Positions 1-15,100 of a DNA stretch of 64,000 bases are shown piece after piece. Every line of letters starts with the position of its first letter. Positions within the stretch are counted from its first letter, which is position 1. The DNA comes from Iphione sp. A-MEVVRFRX5 (taxonomy: Eukaryota), in the NCBI GenBank assembly GCA_976226885.1, contig OZ320316.1, positions 102,796,001 to 102,860,000 of the forward strand, given 5' to 3'. Made by a program: the position numbers and the translations under genes. The notes under the pieces are model-generated. The model had not been told where the DNA came from, did not search any database, and saw only the letters and a list, made by a program, of their open reading frames with translations.

Positions 1-1364
1 AGAAATATGTTTGAACAACACCGGTTAAAATGCCCCCGGTGTGTGTGTCTGCGTGTGTGTGTGTGTGTGTGTGTGTGTCTGCGGGTGAGATCGTTAATGA
101 GGTTCGCAGAATCTCCTTTTTTCTCCCCTATGACATGACCATCTTGTCTCCTGAGTCAGCACTTTTTCCGCATTGCTTAAGGCAGATTAATTATTCTTGG
201 TGTGCCAGATAGACATCGTTTTTTGACGGTGTTGCTCTTGGTGGCTGTTTGAATAAAGTAGTAACCTCACAACCGAACTGGCTCCCCTCATAGTTTTCTT
301 TAATTAATGAGGGCAAGTCGCTCCAGGTTCAAACAAGTAATGAGGGGAGGTTCTGCATTATTAGTGACGGTCTTTCTGTTTTAATCAGTTTTAATTTCTA
401 GAATAAACTAACGTAAAATATCCATAATTTTTCGTGCATGGCTCTTTCTCTTTACAGAATATACACAACTTTTTCTCATTCGACTTTCTTTTGTACTGGA
501 GAAATATGGTCTCTGTTGAGGTCTGGTCTTCTTTGTGATGTCTTTTCATTACGAAATAATACTTTTCGTTCTGCCAAAAGCTGGTCCCTCCCCCCAAATC
601 TGGTCTCCTCTGTGATTTGGTCTTCAAGTCGGAGTTGACTGTGCATTCGTGTGCCTGTGTTTGGCTCAAAGCTATTCTCTCCTACCTTTATCCTTACTCA
701 ACTTAAGACTCCGTAAGACGTGTTATGTGTAGTGGCCCAATATGTTTCACATTCATTTTCTTTTTACCGAAGCACAGATCTAAAGAGAGTAGAGTGAAGC
801 TTCCTGGTAGCGATAGATATGCCCTGGTTATTTTTTTGCACTCAGAACAGATTTCCCAGCAGATGTTACGTAATTATTTCCACATTCTACAACGATAACA
901 CTTTAGGATCTTACTAACCAAGACAAATGGTTTGGTTATTTAGTTGCAGTGTACAAGAGTTGACCCTTTCCTGAGCGGCCACAACCATCTGCGAATCTTA
1001 TGAATCATAGCAACTCGTTACATCAGAAAATTCATGAACCAATTAGAGTACAGTGGAGCCCCTCTACTAAGGACACCCTTCATAAAGGACCCCCCCATAA
1101 TGTACAGGCTGGAAACCGAACCAACTCTATATAATCATTTTTAAATACTCTTGCTATATAGGACACCCCTCTTGGTGGACAGTTTTTGGTCAGTCAGTAG
1201 AAAGGTTCCACATCATCACATTTTGGTTGTGGGAGTGCATGTTTTTTGTATCATGGCGTTCCTGGGCGATTCGTAAATTGCATATAATTGCATGCGTGAA
1301 ATGCTACACCTTATTTTGTCTTCATTTACGAGCACCAGATCATTGCTTATTTTTAGACTATTCA

Positions 1365-1990
1365 TGAGATGTTATACCTGCAGAATCCTCCTTCTAATCC
1401 AACTCAAGACACATTCTCTTCGTCACAAGTGGAACATGGTGCTTAGATTATAACTACTCCTAATATATTTATTACCCATGCGGAATCCTCCGTTTTATTC
1501 ACTTCATAAATAACATGATTTCTTCATTATAAGTGGAATATGTTATACCTGCAGAACCTTCATATTTGAACGTAACATATTCTCTTCATTACAAGTGGAG
1601 CACAGTGCTTACACTACTGCTGAGATGTTCCACCTAGAGAATTCTCTGTTTTATCAACTGTAGATATAATACACTCTCTTCCTTTTAAGTGAAACACATT
1701 GCTGAGGTTATCACTACTCCTGTGATATTACATCTGAATATTCCTCCTTTTTATTCGACTCCAGATATAACACATTCTCTCCATTGCAAGTGGAACACAG
1801 TGCTTATAACTGTGCAGGATATAACTAATTATGAGATGTTACTCCTGCATAATTCTCCTGCTTTTTTGTTGTACTCAAGATATAACACATTCTCTTAATT
1901 TCAGGTGAACCACATTGCTTATGTTATCACTACTTCTAAGATATTACACCTGCAAAATGCTCCGTTTTATCCAACTCAAGATATGACACA
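1365..1990. repeat. Diverged tandem repeat array
   Basis: Recurring ATGTTATACCTGCAGAAT / CATTCTCTT / CAAGTGGAAC / TGCTTA motifs several times in order. Confidence 0.6.
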
Positions 1991-2473
1991 TCAGAGTCCA
2001 ACTACTTGCGACAGCTCCTTCTAGGGATCCTCAATCACGCACAGGATGAATGATGAGGGGGGTCGTAGCAAACCACTTGCCCTGATAGATGCTATCAATA
2101 ACAGGTTGATTGACGGTAGAGGCTCCTCCGGTCGCCTGCCAGGGTGAACCGATGACCAAATAAGCTCCGTTCCCGTCGCTGTGGCACTCCGCCGACTACT
2201 AACATGGTCCATACGACAGGCTAATAACCTCTTCTCTGTCTCCCTGCTGCCTTGTCCTTCTCTCTTTGGTACTGTTACTTTCATTGGTCATTTTTTTCCA
2301 TCGCTCTGGCTCCATCTTATACTGCCTCTGTGTAGCTTTCTCTGTCTGCCTCAGGGTATCTCTGTCTAAACCTCGTTCTAGGTCTCCGCCTGCGATGCCT
2401 TTGCCTTTCCCCCTCGAACAAATCTTAACAAGCCTTGTTCCTGGTGTCTCATCCTTCCGTCCTGCCATCCTTA

Positions 2474-2506
2474 TTCTCTCTCTCTGTCTCTTTCTCTCTG
2501 TCTCTC

Positions 2507-2559
<53 letters not shown>

Positions 2560-2715
2560 CCTCTCTCTCCAGTTCCTTCGTTCCCCCACCCCATTCTCCC
2601 TTGGTTCCCCTCCACCTTTCTTCCTCTCCTTCCAACATTCACTTGTTTTGTCTCCCTCTGTGTGTAACTCTCTGTGCAGCTTCATCTTTCTCCCTTTCTT
2701 CTCACCTCTCCGCTG

Positions 2716-2783
<68 letters not shown>

Positions 2784-2800
2784 CCTCTCTCCCCCCCTCT
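2474..2800. repeat. (TC)n microsatellite/pyrimidine tract
   Basis: Long CT dinucleotide runs. Confidence 0.95.
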
Positions 2801-3639
2801 CTCTGGCTGTCCCGTCTCCTCCCCCTTCCCCCTGGAAACAATGTCCCTTATCATCTCTGCAGCCATGGCCCATCAGTGGGCATTGCCTCGCCTTTATTGA
2901 GAGTGTGACCCCATGTCAGTGGCCTTACCGCTGAGATCGAGGAGATTCGGGGGACGAATCCAGCTATGACAGCTCCATGTGAGCGATATTTGGCGCCTTA
3001 TCCCTTTCCCAGAGGCCTAAGTCGAGAGCAGTGTCTAGACTCCCCAAGTCCCTCCTCTCTACCTCCCCCCCCCTACCTCCGCAGTATGTAATTCTTTCGG
3101 AGCCCTGGGGGGAGGGGGGAGTCGGCGTCGGCGGTGTGAATAGGAAACGAATGCTGCCTTTACCTGATATATGGCGTTGTATAAAGCCGGATTATGTTCA
3201 ATTATTTAGAATGAATATACTTGTAGGCTATCCCAGGGCCCCGCTTCTCTCGAACCTTCTCCAACGGGCTCAATAATACATCGTGGCCGACGCGCCATGA
3301 AAACGGCGCGTTTCCGCATCCGCCGATTGCCTCTGATTTTTCACCGCAGGAAGGAGATAGACTTCTCCTTTGTAGCTTGGATCTCTCTGTCTCGAAGCTA
3401 TCATTTTCTGCTTCGTATTCCCTCACCGTCGTTTAGTCCTTTTCTTAGTACCACGGCCACATTCCTTTACACATCTCTGATAGTTAGAAATATTATCAAG
3501 TTGCCTTCACCTCTATCCTCCTAATAGCCCCCTTGCTGCCTTATCTTTCAATATTAGCATTCAGCTCTGAGGCTTTTAAGCGGCCGACCTGCACGTATAC
3601 CAGTTACGTTCTGTTGCAAGCGTAATGCTGTCAATTCAG

Positions 3640-4080
3640 ACCTTGCCTAGAGTTCTACGATCTACGATATGGTCGAGGGGTGCAAATAAATACTGGAATC
3701 AGATGCAGATATTATAGAACACGACCCTGAAAAGTGCTTGTAAATTAGACAGGAGATATACTCATATACTTCACTCAGACCTGAACATTATTGAAGTTGA
3801 TGGGAGAATCGAGTTCCACCTTTTAATTGCTGGATTTAAGGCATCAGTTGGTACTTATCAAAGATTTTTTTTCAAAGAGAAAAATACTGAGTATAACCTA
3901 AGAGGGGACAACTACAATCTATTTAAATTCCCAGAAAACAAACCTTGCAATAGACACATAAGGAATACCACCATGTTTGCTATTATCCATACTTGGAATA
4001 ATGAGAAGCTACTTTATAGGGATGAGGAATCCGTAAGTAACGGTTACTGAATACGTAGCTTCAAACCTGCCTAAGGCAAC
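3640..4080 (+). mobile_element. Degenerate 3' remnant of a CR1/L2-like LINE ORF2
   Basis: Conceptual translation contains YNLRGDNYNLFKFP...IIHTWN, the YNLR...WN pattern of CR1/L2-group ORF2 C-termini; the frame is broken. Confidence 0.5.
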
Positions 4081-6039
4081 AACAATCACAGTCATAGCCA
4101 GAAAGGGTAGAAAATGTACAATGTATCTTGGTTCCAAGAAAATCTGGCCCTATTCAGGGGGGCGCCCCTAGTCTTGAAGGTGGCCAGTACCGGGGTTTCA
4201 CTGTACGTCGTAAAGGGTATTGAAACTGCAGCGCGATTGGTCAATTGAAGATCAGCTGACCTTTACAAATGTTTCAGCTTGTCAAAATCCGGGGAGCTTC
4301 ATACCCACTGCCCCAAGACACGTGGTCTGTGACGTCATCGAAGGGACTGATCTAAAACTCATTCAAGCGGGAATGCGTCCGTCTGACCAGACGTCTACCG
4401 TAAAGAAGCCATATTTGTCCCTGTACACTACGCTATTCTCCATTTGCTTGTAGTTCTTACATCCGCAGCCTGGTGGCGCTGGCTACACTCTGTATAACCA
4501 GCCGAGATGTCTAAAAAGAGGCGGGGGTGGGGGAGGATGTTACGGGTAGAAAACGGCCCAGTGGAGATACCATTCGGCTTCCGGAACAAAACCATCAAAG
4601 CCCTCGTCGTCTTCCTGCAGGCCAGAACACATATACATACATAGCCCAGACACAGAGTGAGCAGGTTCCTTTCTGCTCGGAAATGTCCATTTGGTTGGTT
4701 TGTAAAGCAAAGAGCCAGCGCAACTCCCCATGTCGACCAAGTCCTGCAAATTAAACGTCTAGACAGTGTCTATTGCTTGGAGGGTTGGAAAGCTCTATTT
4801 GATAATGACACTCGGGCTCGCTTTAAAATGCGCGGCGGAGCCAAAGCTGGACCTCAAGCGAGTGTTGTTATAACCACATAGCCAAGGGAGAAAAATAAAA
4901 CCTGTACCGCTGAGATTGTATATGGGCGTTTCATAAACTTGTAACTTTATACTTAATATGCAGTGGCAGTCAGGGAAATTATTCATCTTATATGATGTGT
5001 TCTCGTGCGCAAATTATTATTACAACTGCAGGGTAGTAGAGCCGCCATTTTCTGCCTTCCATGAGCTCCGTCTGGTGGGAGGTACGTTAACGAGAGGGAC
5101 ACGTACATACGCTAGACTCTCACTTAGACATCAGCTCCTTTTAAAACCAGTCCGTGTTCGAAACCTGAAAAATGTCGCATTTCTGTCATAAAAAGAAGGT
5201 TATTTGAAGACATCCGTGGATATATCAAAATAAAAGAGAATGTGTTGTACTTGCGAATGTTACTCCGCACGTCTTGAATCAGTAGGAATATATAAACATA
5301 CATGGGCGTGTATTAGATATGATCTGTAATAATTTAGGATCGATCAGCAGTCAGTTGCACGAATTACATTTGTATTTTATTCACATCAGAACTCATCTAG
5401 TTTGCCCCCATGCAGTCTGCATTTAAACAGGAAACATTGGAAACTAAACCTAGCAGCAACTCAGATTTAAGTCAACCAGTGGGACCAGAAAATTCTGCTC
5501 TTAATGTTGCCCTACTACCTGAATTTGTCATATAATAGAAGATGAATCATTTGGACCGGCCTAACTGTGCCCTTACTTCTGAGCTGCCCGCCTAGTTTAG
5601 TTGCTCACTATGATACTAATGTATCTGTTTACTAATACCTACTTCAAGGTCTTCTGGCTGTAGAGTTCTTTGCAAAATACATGTATACATATCAGGAGTT
5701 CCACCTCTCTGACCACGAGTTCCACCTCTTTGACCAGGAGTTCCACCGCTCTAAGTACAGGCACCCCCCCCCTCCCACAAAACATTCTGACTACGGGCCT
5801 GGTGTATATATATATGTAATATATATTGTTGGAAAAGTCGCAGTTGTGTAGCTGATCGCTTCCTTGATAATAAGAAATACACAAGGAATATAAAGCACCC
5901 CGTTGGCTGAAATGAGGAACGCAGCAATAGCTATGGCTGACTTTTCCCGGAGAAATCAATGTACTTTATATATAGCACTTTCTTGGTAGGAAGCCGTATC
6001 GTCGAATAGTTTCGCCCACCACCGGCAGATAGCGCTTCG

Positions 6040-6260
6040 GCGTCTCCAGCGTTCCAGCCCCGACCAAGGTCAGACGGCAGGTGACCTTCCCAGAGTAAAT
6101 AGGAACTTCCGGCTGATGGACCTGTCACGTGGTCTGTGCCTCGGCCGCCGTCACCAATCAGAAGCGCGCTCTGAGTTGGCCACGACGAGCAAGGATGCTC
6201 GTATGCGTCGCTAATCTTCATTGGACCCACAGGCACGTGGCTTTGCTCGATGCTTCTCCA
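6040..6260. promoter_or_regulatory. CpG-rich promoter-like segment
   Basis: ETS-like ACTTCCGG (6105), E-box CACGTG (6126), CCAAT (6154) in locally CpG-rich DNA; no transcript evidence. Confidence 0.3.
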
Positions 6261-6987
6261 TCGAGATAGAAAAAAAACACGCTTTGTTATCGGAGTTTTC
6301 TCTTCAAGCGATTTATGAATGTTCCAATAAGTTTCTTTGTGCGATGTTATCTCTAGGAATGAGTCATGGCCAGGCTCGAAAATCTAGCATCAGTCCTCCA
6401 CGTATCTAAATTGCTCATACCTTTTAATCTTTCGCATGGATCAGTATCTTAACTTGCGATGGATGGGCGCTATTTTCTTCGGAGCACCTCCTAACCAGAC
6501 TAGCGCGTAGTAGTACTTTAACGCCTAGGTAAATATAGACGTAGTACTTCATCTCCGCAACGGCTTTTTTCCTTTTCTTACCGACAAAAGAAACCAATAA
6601 CGATGATTTAAATCTCATTTTCGCCAAGAAAGAGGAGAGTTTTCCTCTCAGAACGGCCCCTGTCCAAGGCTTACAATAAGGAATAGGTTTTTGAAGGGCG
6701 ACGAAGGTTGTTTTTTTATACTAAGCTGATGAGAACGCCACGTTGTCAGGCAGGCTTTACCTTGATGCAGTGCAGAATCATAGCCAGGATAAGTATGCTA
6801 GTCAGACTGGAGAGAGGTGTGCAAGTTTCAATACAAAAATACGACTCGGAGTGAAAATGAAAGCGGAAGAAGTTGAAAACTGATATGACTTGCCTGAAGT
6901 GGTTTACAAGATGTATTAATGTAAGGTGTTAGTGTTATTGCCTTTGTTCGTGAAAGGGCAGAGTTTCGTAAATTGCAAGAGAGAGAG

Positions 6988-7035
<48 letters not shown>

Positions 7036-8699
7036 CAGACAGACAGACAAGCAGATCTAGATGTTGAGGCATATTTGTATCTCTCTTTCTCTTAATCTAC
7101 CTACCTATATCTACACTGTTATTATAAATCAGGGTTGTCTCTGCCGGACATTACCCTGTGTGTATGCCATGGGTTATTTTCTATTTTGACGGGTACTTTA
7201 TATAACCTCATCTTTTCTTCTCATTTATCTGACTTTTCTCAGCGGTGGACCTCGCTGCCGATCGCTGACCCCTCTGACACTGGGGGCAGGCTACCTTTGT
7301 GAATAATCACCAAAAAGGTCTCTCACCGGGAGCACAGATTTCGGCTGTTTTCCACGTACGTTAATAGTATACGCAGTAACTTACCATCAAGACGGCTCAT
7401 GGGAGCAGAACAGGTTTCCTCTACCTGCGAGTTGCCCTGTCAGAATGGACGAATCTCCAGACACCATTACGACTATTTTACCATTTGTGATGCCATAATA
7501 TGGGGCCCACCAATCAGATTACGTACAATATTTCAAGACATTGTCTGAGGAAACAGTAAACATAAGTGTTGTAACGGGTAGTTTCCACTGCTGGTGATCC
7601 ATCCATTAAGGCCAATATGGGGGCAGAGTTGCCTGGGTAGGTTATTTCATAGAAAATGAACCGCTAGGCCAGCCGAACTATGCCCTTAATTCTGAGTTGC
7701 TCTCTTATGTTAGCCACACGTTGGATTGTAATTGTTTTAGCAGCAATGGTGGAATAATAGAGCCCTGCGGCATGCCCCGTTCGTAACAGACAGCGATCAG
7801 TACTAGCAGTGTTAGAGTTTTGAATCTTTTCATGACTAGTAGCTAAACTAGTCCACTTTCCAACGCCAACGACAAAAGGCGTGCTGTGAGATCCGAAACT
7901 CACATTTACATTTTGTGTATCATTTCACGAAAACATAGATTCTTTTAAAGTTTATGGTAAGGTAAATAGACATATTCCACTTCTGATTTCCCCTCTGCAT
8001 GTACATATTCATATTTTATTGACCAGATCAAATTCACTTAACAGCAGAGGCCGGAACCATGAGGATAGTTGATATATATACATATATATATATTTAATAT
8101 TCAAAAATGGAAGGGCTCAAAACGAAAGATAGTGACATTTTCTTCTAGGAGAAAATCCACTTATATGCACAGTATTTTCGAGTCACATCTGGTAAAATAC
8201 AATTCCCAGTTCCCTATCATCTCATGACAGCATGGAAGGTGGCGGGTGTGTGCATGGGTGGGTGGGTGGATGGGTGAGTGGGTGGGTGGGAGGTAGCATG
8301 GGCTTCTCCACCCGCCTAGCTCTGCAGGAAGGAAAAATCTAATCGCTGCCGTAACAGACCTCCCCCCCCCATTCCCCTCTCTACTTGGTAGAATGTCTGT
8401 CTGCCATTCTCGTAACATCTCTACTAAGAGAGACTTGTTCACCGTAGTCCACACGAGTCGGATAGGACGGCCGACGTCAGCTTTCCAGGGCTGGTTGACC
8501 GAATGGTGTGTAGTGCTTGGTTTATAACTGCTTTGCCAGCATTTATGGGTTTCTCGTGTGATTGTCTGGATTTGCCAGTCTTGCCTGCTTGTTTGGCTGT
8601 AAGTGGCTTATTTTCCCCCGCGAGCAGAACTCGAATTATATACATATATGTACAACGTATATATTTGTGTGTGATTGTGGAGAGGGTTGAGCAGAAAGG

Positions 8700-9060
8700 G
8701 GGGAGGCAGGCATGCAGGCAGAGAGAGAGAGAGATACACACAGACAGAGACAGACAGACATCAGATACAGATTGACGACGAGAGAGAAAACACACAAAGA
8801 CAGGACACAGACATCAGACTGATAGGGGAGACAGACAGGCAGACAGACTAGCAGGCAGGGAGACATACACAGAGACACACACGTAGAGAGAGATACACGC
8901 CAACAGGGACACACAGACACAGACAGATACAGAGATACAGATACAGAGACACAGGCAGCCGAAGACAGCTTGACGGGAGAGAGAGAGAGAGAGAACACAA
9001 AGAAAGAGAGACAGACATCAGACAGATAGGAGAGACAGACAGACAGAGACATCAAGCCAG
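8700..9060. repeat. Compound (AG)n/(AGAC)n microsatellite
   Basis: Purine-rich AGAC/AGAG runs. Confidence 0.9.
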
Positions 9061-9794
9061 GCATATAGACAGAGCAACCAATGTAGAGAGGAAGAGGACG
9101 AAGATGTCTGTCTTCTAGTCCATGTATATTAAAGGACTTACTATTGCCTTACAAGTGCTCTCAGTTGTCGCGCCTTAAATGGTTTTGAATCGCTGATCCG
9201 ACTAAGCCCATCTGAAGAAGTAAATACGGAGTTGCTCGTCTAGAACACTGAGGGCCTAATGCCCAGACATTAACAGGCTTGCGCTTCACTTAGTTTCAGC
9301 CCTTGTTGATATTCAGTTCACTGCCAAAATTACACGTTCGCTACATCTAAGTTAAGAAAAATGGCCTCCAGCCACAATTCGTCCTTCGAAACATTCGCCA
9401 GCTGAATTTAATCAGCGGAAATGGGATTGCTCACTTTGAAAGGGCCGAAGATACATATTTATATGTATGAATATACTTTTAACATTAGCTCCTGTAGAGG
9501 CATTGTTAATGTATTTCATAAGCAGAACTATAGAAAATCGTATGAACGACGTCAGACGTTTCAAGGGTTTCAAGATAACTTTTCCTCAGTGGAAAGATGC
9601 AAGCAAATCATGGTGAAAGTTCGCTCTGGTACGAGTTGTCCATGGTGCGAGTTGTCTATGGTACGAGTTGTCCCTGGTACGAGTTGCTCATTGTGTGAGT
9701 AGGTTTGTCGAGCCATTCATCTATTGCTTTTCTCTTATGAATCACGACGCACATGCCTGCCAGGCTAGATTTAGTTTATATCATGACTAAATGG

Positions 9795-11200
9795 TCAGGA
9801 CTATCTTGGCCTGAAAAGGTTGACCAGTGGGTGAATGTTAGTATACTACATTCACAGGCTTATATCTCTGTCGTCGACTGACTGCTGTGTTCATATTGAG
9901 CACCAACCATGGTTCATAACATCCCTCCTTGCAAGTATCCCATCCCCTGCTTTCCGCCTTAGATACATGGATTATGATGCTGCAGCAATGCACAGTGTGG
10001 GCAGTTTGGCTAGGGGTGGGTTGACCAATGGGTAAATGTGGGTGTACTACATTTACAGACCTATATCTCAGATGATGAGTGGCCTTCTGCGGTCCTATTG
10101 ACCACTAAGCATGGCGGATATGCTGCCTCCCTTCTAGTATCAAATCTCCAGCTCATATTGCTTACATATGAATCATGATATGTGTCCCTGCCAGCATAAA
10201 TCCAGTTCATGTCCCCACCAAGTGATCAGCACTATCTTGGCCTAACAAATTTGACCGATGGATAAATGTAGGTATACTTCATTTACAGACCTATATCTCA
10301 GTCAGTGACTAACCCCGCTGTGGTCCTATTGACCACCAACCATGGCGGATATGCTGTTCCCTGCTAGTATCAAATCCCCAGCTTGTATTGCTTACATATG
10401 AATCATGATGTGTGTGCCTGCCAGCAGAAATCCAGTTCATGTCCCCGCCAACTGGTCAGCACTATCTTGGCCTGACAAAGTTGACTGATGGGTAAATGTG
10501 GGTGTACTACATTTACAGACTTATATTTCAGTCTAGAGACTGATGTTCTGCAGCCCTATTGACCACCAATCAGAGCAGATATGCTGCCTCCCTGCTAGTA
10601 TCAAATCCCCAGCTTGTATCTCTTACATATGAATCATGATATGTGTCCCTGCTAGCGTAAATCCAGTTCATGTCCCCGCCAAATTGTCAGCACTATCTTG
10701 GCCTGACAAAGTTTACCGATGGGTAAATGTGGGTATACTTCATTTACAGACCTATATCTCAGTCAGTGACTGATGTTCTGTGGTTCTATTGACCACCAAC
10801 CATAGCAGATATGCTGCCTCCCTGCTAGTATCGAATCCCCAGCCAGTATTGCTTACATATGAATCATGATGTGTGTCCCTGCCAGCATAAATCCAGTTCA
10901 TGTCCCCGCCAAGTGTGGTTATATTGATCACCAACCATGGCAGATATGCTGCCTTCCTGCTAGTATAAAATCCCCAGCTTGTATCTCTTACATATAAATC
11001 ATAATATGTGTGCCTGCCAACATAAATCCAGTCCATGTCCCCGTCAAATGGTCAGCGCTATCTTGGCCTGACAAAGTTGACCGATGGGTAAATGTGGGCG
11101 TACTACATTTACAGACCTATATCTCAGTCGGTGGTGACTAACCCCACTGTGGTTCTATTGACCACCAGGCATGGCTGATAACGTCCTTCCTTGAAAGTAT
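9795..11200. repeat. ~230-bp tandem satellite, about 6 diverged units
   Basis: GGGTAAATGTGGGT..ACTACATTTACAGACCTATATCTCAG anchor at ~9831, 10031, 10261, 10491, 10721 and 11085. Confidence 0.9.
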
Positions 11201-11631
11201 CCCATCCCCTCCTTTCTGCCTGGGGGGGGTATATCACTCGCGGAGACGTGCCCAGTCCAGTAAATGACTTTGTATTGATTTCTGTTTTGCTTCCGTCACC
11301 GTGAGCGAGAGAGGGTCCCAGTTCCAAGGTACTACTTTGAAACGACCGGACTGCAAACGTTCAAAAGCGCACCACTGCCCCCCTCCCCCCACCCACCCAC
11401 CCCCTTTCCGCCCGTCACCTACACCTGTTATTCCAGCTCGCTAGGGGTCAGTACTGGGCGATGATATCAGTGTAAGTAAAGAGGTGGGGCTGATCGAATG
11501 GGGAGCGACAAGAAAAACCATATGGTACATGTATAGATTGACTCTGCATGGTGCTGCTGTACTGATCGGGATGTGTGTACTGATCCGCCGCCCCCCCCCC
11601 ACCTCAGAATGGCTTCTGTCAAGGTTAGACA

Positions 11632-11680
<49 letters not shown>

Positions 11681-12115
11681 TACAGCTATTGTATAGGTAA
11701 CACTGGGAGGCAGTGTCCTACCACTGGCTACAGGTTTTAGAACATAGTTGGGTGTTTGTAAGCCTATCAGTTTATTCCCTTTTTATGTTTCTTATGCTTA
11801 AAAAGGGCCCCACAGGCGAGCTACGTACTAAGGAGGCGTCCACCCAGAAGAGGCAATGCATCTCTGAACATGAAAACTGATTAGTGAAGGGGCGTAGGGG
11901 TGTAGCTTAGCTGTGGGGTTGTATTATTTAGTGTTCTGGAAGTACGTGTGTATGTGTGGGGGGGACGTGTTTGTATCCCCGAGTCTGCAGAAGATTGGTG
12001 TAACAGTCTGTGTGTGTGTGTGCGCGCGCGTGTACGTGTGTGTACGTGTGTGGGGTGGTGGTTGTATCCCGGAGTCTCGGAGAAGATTGGTGTAATGGTC
12101 CCTATGTATGAGTGC

Positions 12116-12146
<31 letters not shown>

Positions 12147-15100
12147 CGCCCGCTCCTTTCCTGGGCATATAATGAACTGTCGATACCGTTAAGTACCATG
12201 ACGGCCAATGTGATAAAGAACTAGATGTGTGCAGGGGGGATGGATTGGTTGGGCTGGGGGGTGGGGACCAGGACCTGGAGAAGGGTGGATGGGTGGATAG
12301 GTGGGTGGGGGTGGATGCAGAGATTGGGTAATTTTCGCGTGCGCCATGTGTCGCTTCCGTCAGCTCGTGCGTACACACCCAGGTGACAGCCTGGCTCTGA
12401 CTGTCGGAGTGGTCGGACTCCCGGACTGTCAGTTTGTTTTCCTTACTGATCTCCTCTGGGCTGTCAGTCGAGTGTCAGGGTGATTACCAGTCGTGATCGT
12501 CAGATTTCAGCGCGGCCGCCGTCGCGCCTTGTCAGCCCTGTCAGGATGATTATTTTCATAGATTTTTCCTGCTCTCCCTCCCTTCCTCCTCCACCACCTC
12601 CTCCTCCTTCTCCTCCGTCTCTCCCCACCTCTTTCAGCCTCAGCCCCTCCATATAGGTGCTCGGGAGTTGTCACTACGGCTGTCATATCAACTCTCCTGG
12701 CTGAACATAATCCCAGCAACTTCAAGCATATCAGCTCCGAACACTTCCACTTCCCACAACAGGAGGAGGAGGGAGAGCCCCCCCCCCTCCCCACCAACTC
12801 CTTCCCCTATCTCCTCTCGGTGTTTTTTTATATCATTTATTTTCATTTCCAGTGGGGAGCTAATCCTGCGGTTGTAGGAAAAGAATCGCTCAGGGATTAA
12901 AGCAGTCAACTGCTTTGCCACTGATCAGGGGATTAGAAGGGGATAATCTTTCACCGCCGACGTGTAAATCACAGCGACCTCTGCGGGACTGCTGGAGAAT
13001 TATTGACACGTAGTATATGGAGAGGGTGGGTGGGTGTGGTGGCTGGTGTTTGAGTAGGGAGGCAGAGGTATATAATTCGTGGAAGGAGGTGGAGAAGGAG
13101 ATGTTGATTGATGGTGGTAGAGGTGAGGGAGGGCTCGACGTTGTTGGCTTTAAGAGAGGGGGGGGGGAAGGCAGCTTTTCAGCTGGTGGGAAATTTAGCA
13201 TATGGGCAGATCTCCAGAGACATAGGCAAACATGTTAGCAAGGTAAGTGGCTTTAATGGGTTAAGGCATTAAGAAGTCATTTTCTCATGTGTATAGTTGT
13301 TTTTATTTCTTTTATTAGAAATCCCAATAGCCACCATAGCAGCCTCCAAGTGTGATCATGTTTCGTAGTGTAAAGGTCGATGTGATTATGAAATGTCATT
13401 AAGAAAGCTGGGAGGGAGGCGGACTGTATTTATACCAAACACAATAGAGGGATTGTAGGCTGGGATGGAACTATGCAGTGTAGGATACTGCATGTAATTA
13501 CATGTATACCAGACAGATTACAGTTTATCTCTCCATAACTGACCATCCTATATACGTATCTGACAATTCCTGTATAACTGGCATAATTTGGAACCAAAAG
13601 TGTTCCTTATTGACGGAGCATTGTACAGTCATTTGAGGTAGAAAAGGAACAATCTACCTGTAGATGAAATGGACCAATCACTGAATGTTGACAAAAGTGG
13701 TAGTGCAGATGTAATTTTTACATAATTGTGACATTGTTCCAAATTTAAAGCAATTTGATTGGTCAATTCCCATTATAACGTAACAAAAAGTAAAAATTAT
13801 TTTTGCACTACCCATTTCTTCAGCAGCTGGCGATTGGCCCATTACACGTGGTAATGAAGAGAAAGTTTGAATTATACGAAACAGGGTATAACGACTTGAG
13901 ACAGGAGTTGAACAATGTAACTGTATGTGTAAAACGTACATGTGGTAATAAAGATAAAGGTTTCAGTGTACAAGAGAGAATGCAGAGACTTGAGACTGGA
14001 GTAGACCAATGAAGCCATTGATGCAATTACAGTTGGTAACAAAGAACATTGGTGGAATTATACATTACAGAATATTGGGAGGCTGGAGTGGAATACTATT
14101 ATGAGGTACGGCTATGAGGAGGGAGTTCTTGTATTAAACAGAATATAGTGACTATAAGCTGGATTCGAACAAGGTTGGCATAAACATTTTAATTTCAGGC
14201 AGTATGGAAGGAGATGTAATTATAGAGGACAGAATAGAGGGGCCCGATACTGGAGTGGAACTGTACAGTATAGATGTCATTATAAACGATATTAAAAATA
14301 GAGATGTAATTATACGACACCAAATTTAGGGACTTAAGGCTGATGTGGAACTGTTAAAGTGGTAAATGATGGAGGTTTATAGCATCAAGAGATGTTGGAA
14401 GAAGACTGCCTCTAGAGAGTCAGAGTGGGAGGGTGAAGGGGGCGGGGTTTGATGGCTGGGCGGGTGGGTGCTGCCATGTCCAAGAGCTCTCCGTGGCAAT
14501 GCTAGACGGTATTGGACCACATATCAGAATTTAAAACATTAAATCTAACGACATGTTAACGACTTGAAAGATGAGGAGGTATTATGGCTCCACGAGGGGG
14601 GTGGTGGTGGACTGGGAATAACTTCAAGCTTTCAGTCCTTATGCATGAAGCTAGCCTTTTCACCCCATCTCTCTCTGCTTCTGTAACTTTATCCATCTGC
14701 CTGTGTTCTCTTTAAGATGCCATCCTCCCGTCCAGTGCAGGTTTTAGATGATTTACTTTGTCCGTCGTACAAGGAGCCATAATTTAAGTCAAGTTCTGTC
14801 AGTGTTTGTGTGTGTGTGTGTGTGTGTGCGGAGAGGACGGAGATGACGGATGGACACTTATAATTTAAGTCAAGTTATCCTGGATATTTTTTAAATAAGG
14901 AAAAAATAGTGATGCTGTCCGAAGGTCTCCGCCATCGGTGAGGGCTAGCGATAAAGGAAAACAATAACATGCACTCTGTCAACGTTGTACGAATGTGTAC
15001 TAAACCCTGTGAACGGGGCTTGTTCGAAGCGAATGAGGAGGGAGGAACGGTGGTGGGGATGGGGGGGTATGCTGCAGGGTGGATTACTATAAGTGCTCAA

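Noticed and set aside
2199-2934. Overlapping ORFs reading SLSLSL / ERERER
   Set aside because: Translations of (TC)n microsatellites; the same applies near 8.4-9.1, 11.9-12.4, 15.0-15.7, 17.5-18.7 and 22.7-23.6 kb.
6588-6627. Possible signal-peptide first exon on the minus strand (MRFKSSLLVSFV then GTAAGA donor)
   Set aside because: Very short, and no downstream exon could be linked.
13500-14400. Possible CR1-like LINE remnant (YETGYNDLRQELNNV)
   Set aside because: Only a faint resemblance to the EN-RT linker; too degraded to support.
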